In this document: piece by piece, positions 62,368 through 64,000 of the stretch
Numbering within the stretch: position 1 is the stretch's first letter
How the letters are laid out: every line of letters starts with the position of its first letter
NCBI GenBank assembly: GCA_965218435.1
Contig: CBDCKW010000005.1
Location: 192,001 to 256,000, forward strand
DNA from: Truepera sp.
GTDB taxonomy: Bacteria > Deinococcota > Deinococci > Deinococcales > Trueperaceae
Direction: 5' to 3'
Length of the DNA: 64,000 nt
Made by a program: the position numbers and the translations under genes
The notes under the pieces: model-generated
Seen by the model: the letters and a program-made list of their open reading frames with translations, nothing else
What the model was told of the DNA's origin: nothing
The model's database searches: none

Positions 62368-62590
62368 GTGCTCCTTAAAAATAAGCGTGCTGTGGTTAAC
62401 GGTACAACAGGGGGGTAGTCAGTGCGGTGGCTCGAGCCTCTGCTCCCGAAGGCGCAAGCCTGTTTCTAGCAGAGGGCACCCTCAGTAAGCTTAGAGCCCT
62501 AAGAGGAGAAATTGTCGACGCTGGCGGTACGGCTCAAGCTGCTGAGGTAGCTGCGCTCGAGTAAGAGGCTGCCGAAAAACACCTTACTGG
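62368..62590 (+). pseudogene. SDR oxidoreductase N-terminal remnant
   Basis: VLLKNKRAVV.G..G then frameshifted SAVARA..EGASLFLA...GGTAQAAEVAAL, with a stop. Confidence 0.55.
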
Positions 62591-62767
62591 CGCAAACGAA
62601 TTGACGGACAAGGTTCGAGTGACCGGCCTCTCATTCCAGGTGTTGATGCTCATGGCTTGGGTGCCGATCAGCCCACCGACGACGAAACCATCAAGGCGTT
62701 CTACGGCAGATAAGTGCAGGTTCTACTCGACACGCATTGGTATGGTAAACATAGCAAAGGCGAGAGC

Positions 62768-63454
62768 ATGGATTTTCTATTTGAGGCGCATTCTTTAGAC
62801 TCAAGTTTGATCGCGTCGGTATGGCGAAGCTGTAGCGCGGAAGCGGGCCGGTACATTTCGGTAGCTGCGAGCCACTGGAGTTTTATGTTTGCCAAACGCC
62901 AAGGCAAAATCTATGTTGATGTGTGCGGCCCCGAAACCAGAGCTACTTTCGGTACGTTCTCGGCAGGATCAGACGTCTACGGCATTAATTTCAAAGCGGG
63001 CGTGTTCATGCCGCAACTCCCGACCAGCAGCCTCGTCGACGCACGGCTCCAGCTACCGCAGGCGAGTGACAGGGCTTTCTGGCTCCACGATTCCGCCTTG
63101 CCGATCCCGAAGTTTGAGGATGCGGAAGCGTTCGCTGAGCGACTTGCGCGGGCCGGGCTGCTCGTGCGTGACCCAGTCGTAAGCGCGTCCCTACAAGGTG
63201 AACCTCTCCGGTTGTCCGCCCGCGCCCTGCAATACCGCTTCGTCAAGAGCACTGGGTTAACCCGGAAAACGATCTGGCAGATCGAGCGGGTACGACAGGC
63301 CGCACTCATGTTAGAGCAGGGCGTCGCTATTGCCGACACGGTTTATCAGCTGGGTTATTTCGACCAAGCACACTTGACGCGTTCGCTCAAGCATCTTTAT
63401 GGTCAATCGCCGACGAGAGTGGCGCAAGTCACCGCATCTACCGCTCCGAGGTGA
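62768..63454 (+). CDS. AraC family HTH regulator
   Basis: LSARALQYRF..TGLT, LGYFDQAHLTRSLK..GQSP. Confidence 0.88.
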   Translation: MDFLFEAHSLDSSLIASVWRSCSAEAGRYISVAASHWSFMFAKRQGKIYVDVCGPETRATFGTFSAGSDVYGINFKAGVFMPQLPTSSLVDARLQLPQASDRAFWLHDSALPIPKFEDAEAFAERLARAGLLVRDPVVSASLQGEPLRLSARALQYRFVKSTGLTRKTIWQIERVRQAALMLEQGVAIADTVYQLGYFDQAHLTRSLKHLYGQSPTRVAQVTASTAPR

Positions 63455-63687
63455 GTTGCGTTTTTTTACAAGACAAAGCCCAGACCTTACTATTAAGCTT
63501 CTGGCATGAGCCTTAAAACGTAGCTATCTCTTCTCACTACGAACTGTTAAAACGCTGTTTGTGCCGCGCGTCAAGCGGACGAACCGCACTTAACTTTAAT
63601 CAGCGCGCTCGGTAAGGTCGCCCAGCTTAGGTAACGCGCTTTTCTGGACTTCTTAAACATCATCCTTTCAACGATTGGAGTTACATA

Positions 63688-64000
63688 ATGAAATTGGCAA
63701 TATTCCGTCGAGTAATGCTTGTCCTTACAGCCCTCTGCTCGTTCCACGTGGGTGCAGCAAGCACGTTTGTCGACTTCTGCTCGGCTGAACGGGTGCAGGC
63801 GCAACCCTTAGCGTTCGAGAACACCTCGGGCCAGCCGCTCGAGGGTGCTCTTTTGGGCACAGGTACAACTGGCGTTTTGTTCTCTAACGACAGCGGCAAC
63901 GGTGCGTGTAACTGGTTTCCTTTTGCCCAAACGCTGGCAGAGGACGGCTTCCGCGTCCTCCTTTATCAATATGCCGGGGACGACCCAAGCGCCAACCGCC
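63688..64000 (+). CDS. Secreted alpha/beta hydrolase, partial (runs off the window)
   Basis: GGAG RBS; MKLAIFRRVMLVL signal-like N-terminus; GTTGVLFSN...CNWFPFAQTLAEDGFRVLLYQY. Confidence 0.65.
   Translation, partial: MKLAIFRRVMLVLTALCSFHVGAASTFVDFCSAERVQAQPLAFENTSGQPLEGALLGTGTTGVLFSNDSGNGACNWFPFAQTLAEDGFRVLLYQYAGDDPSANR

Noticed and set aside
57698..64000. Integron cassette array
   Set aside because: No RYYYAAC...GTTRRRY attC structures or tyrosine integrase were seen.
1..64000. rRNA, tRNA, riboswitch, defence-system or conjugation genes
   Set aside because: None were recognised by eye; a covariance-model search would be needed to exclude small RNAs.

Overview
This window looks like the replication/partition region and cargo of a large plasmid or secondary replicon. 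The host is probably Deinococcota (Truepera-like); that assignment is inferred from gene content and style. It starts with a parA gene that the ORF track missed (minus strand, runs off the left edge), a clear iteron origin (17-mer at about 22-bp period) and a Rep_3 initiator. About a dozen IS elements or remnants follow (IS630, IS982, IS3, IS5/ISL2, ISAs1, IS6, IS1), several of them nested. A region of about 30 kb encodes carbohydrate uptake and oxidative catabolism: two CUT1 ABC systems, a frameshifted GH78 rhamnosidase, lactonase- and rhamnonate dehydratase-like enzymes, Gfo/Idh/MocA, TIM-barrel and ThuA enzymes, an HpsN-like HisD paralogue and a 682-aa unknown. The right third is a decaying mosaic of redox and detoxification genes. 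The most unusual signal is below gene scale. Six transposase genes of four IS families carry small foreign inserts (21, 24, 27, 40, 75 and about 110 nt), and removing each restores the conserved motif. Three inserts share a GCGNAGC core. Two share the ends ATAGCAG...CCCCTATGCT around GC-rich double-hairpin modules. This suggests an undescribed family of very small mobile elements. CTCGAG is strongly over-represented (HIP-like), and there is a MITE-like family that includes an empty TIR-TIR palindrome. All calls come from motif recognition by eye; no database searches were run.
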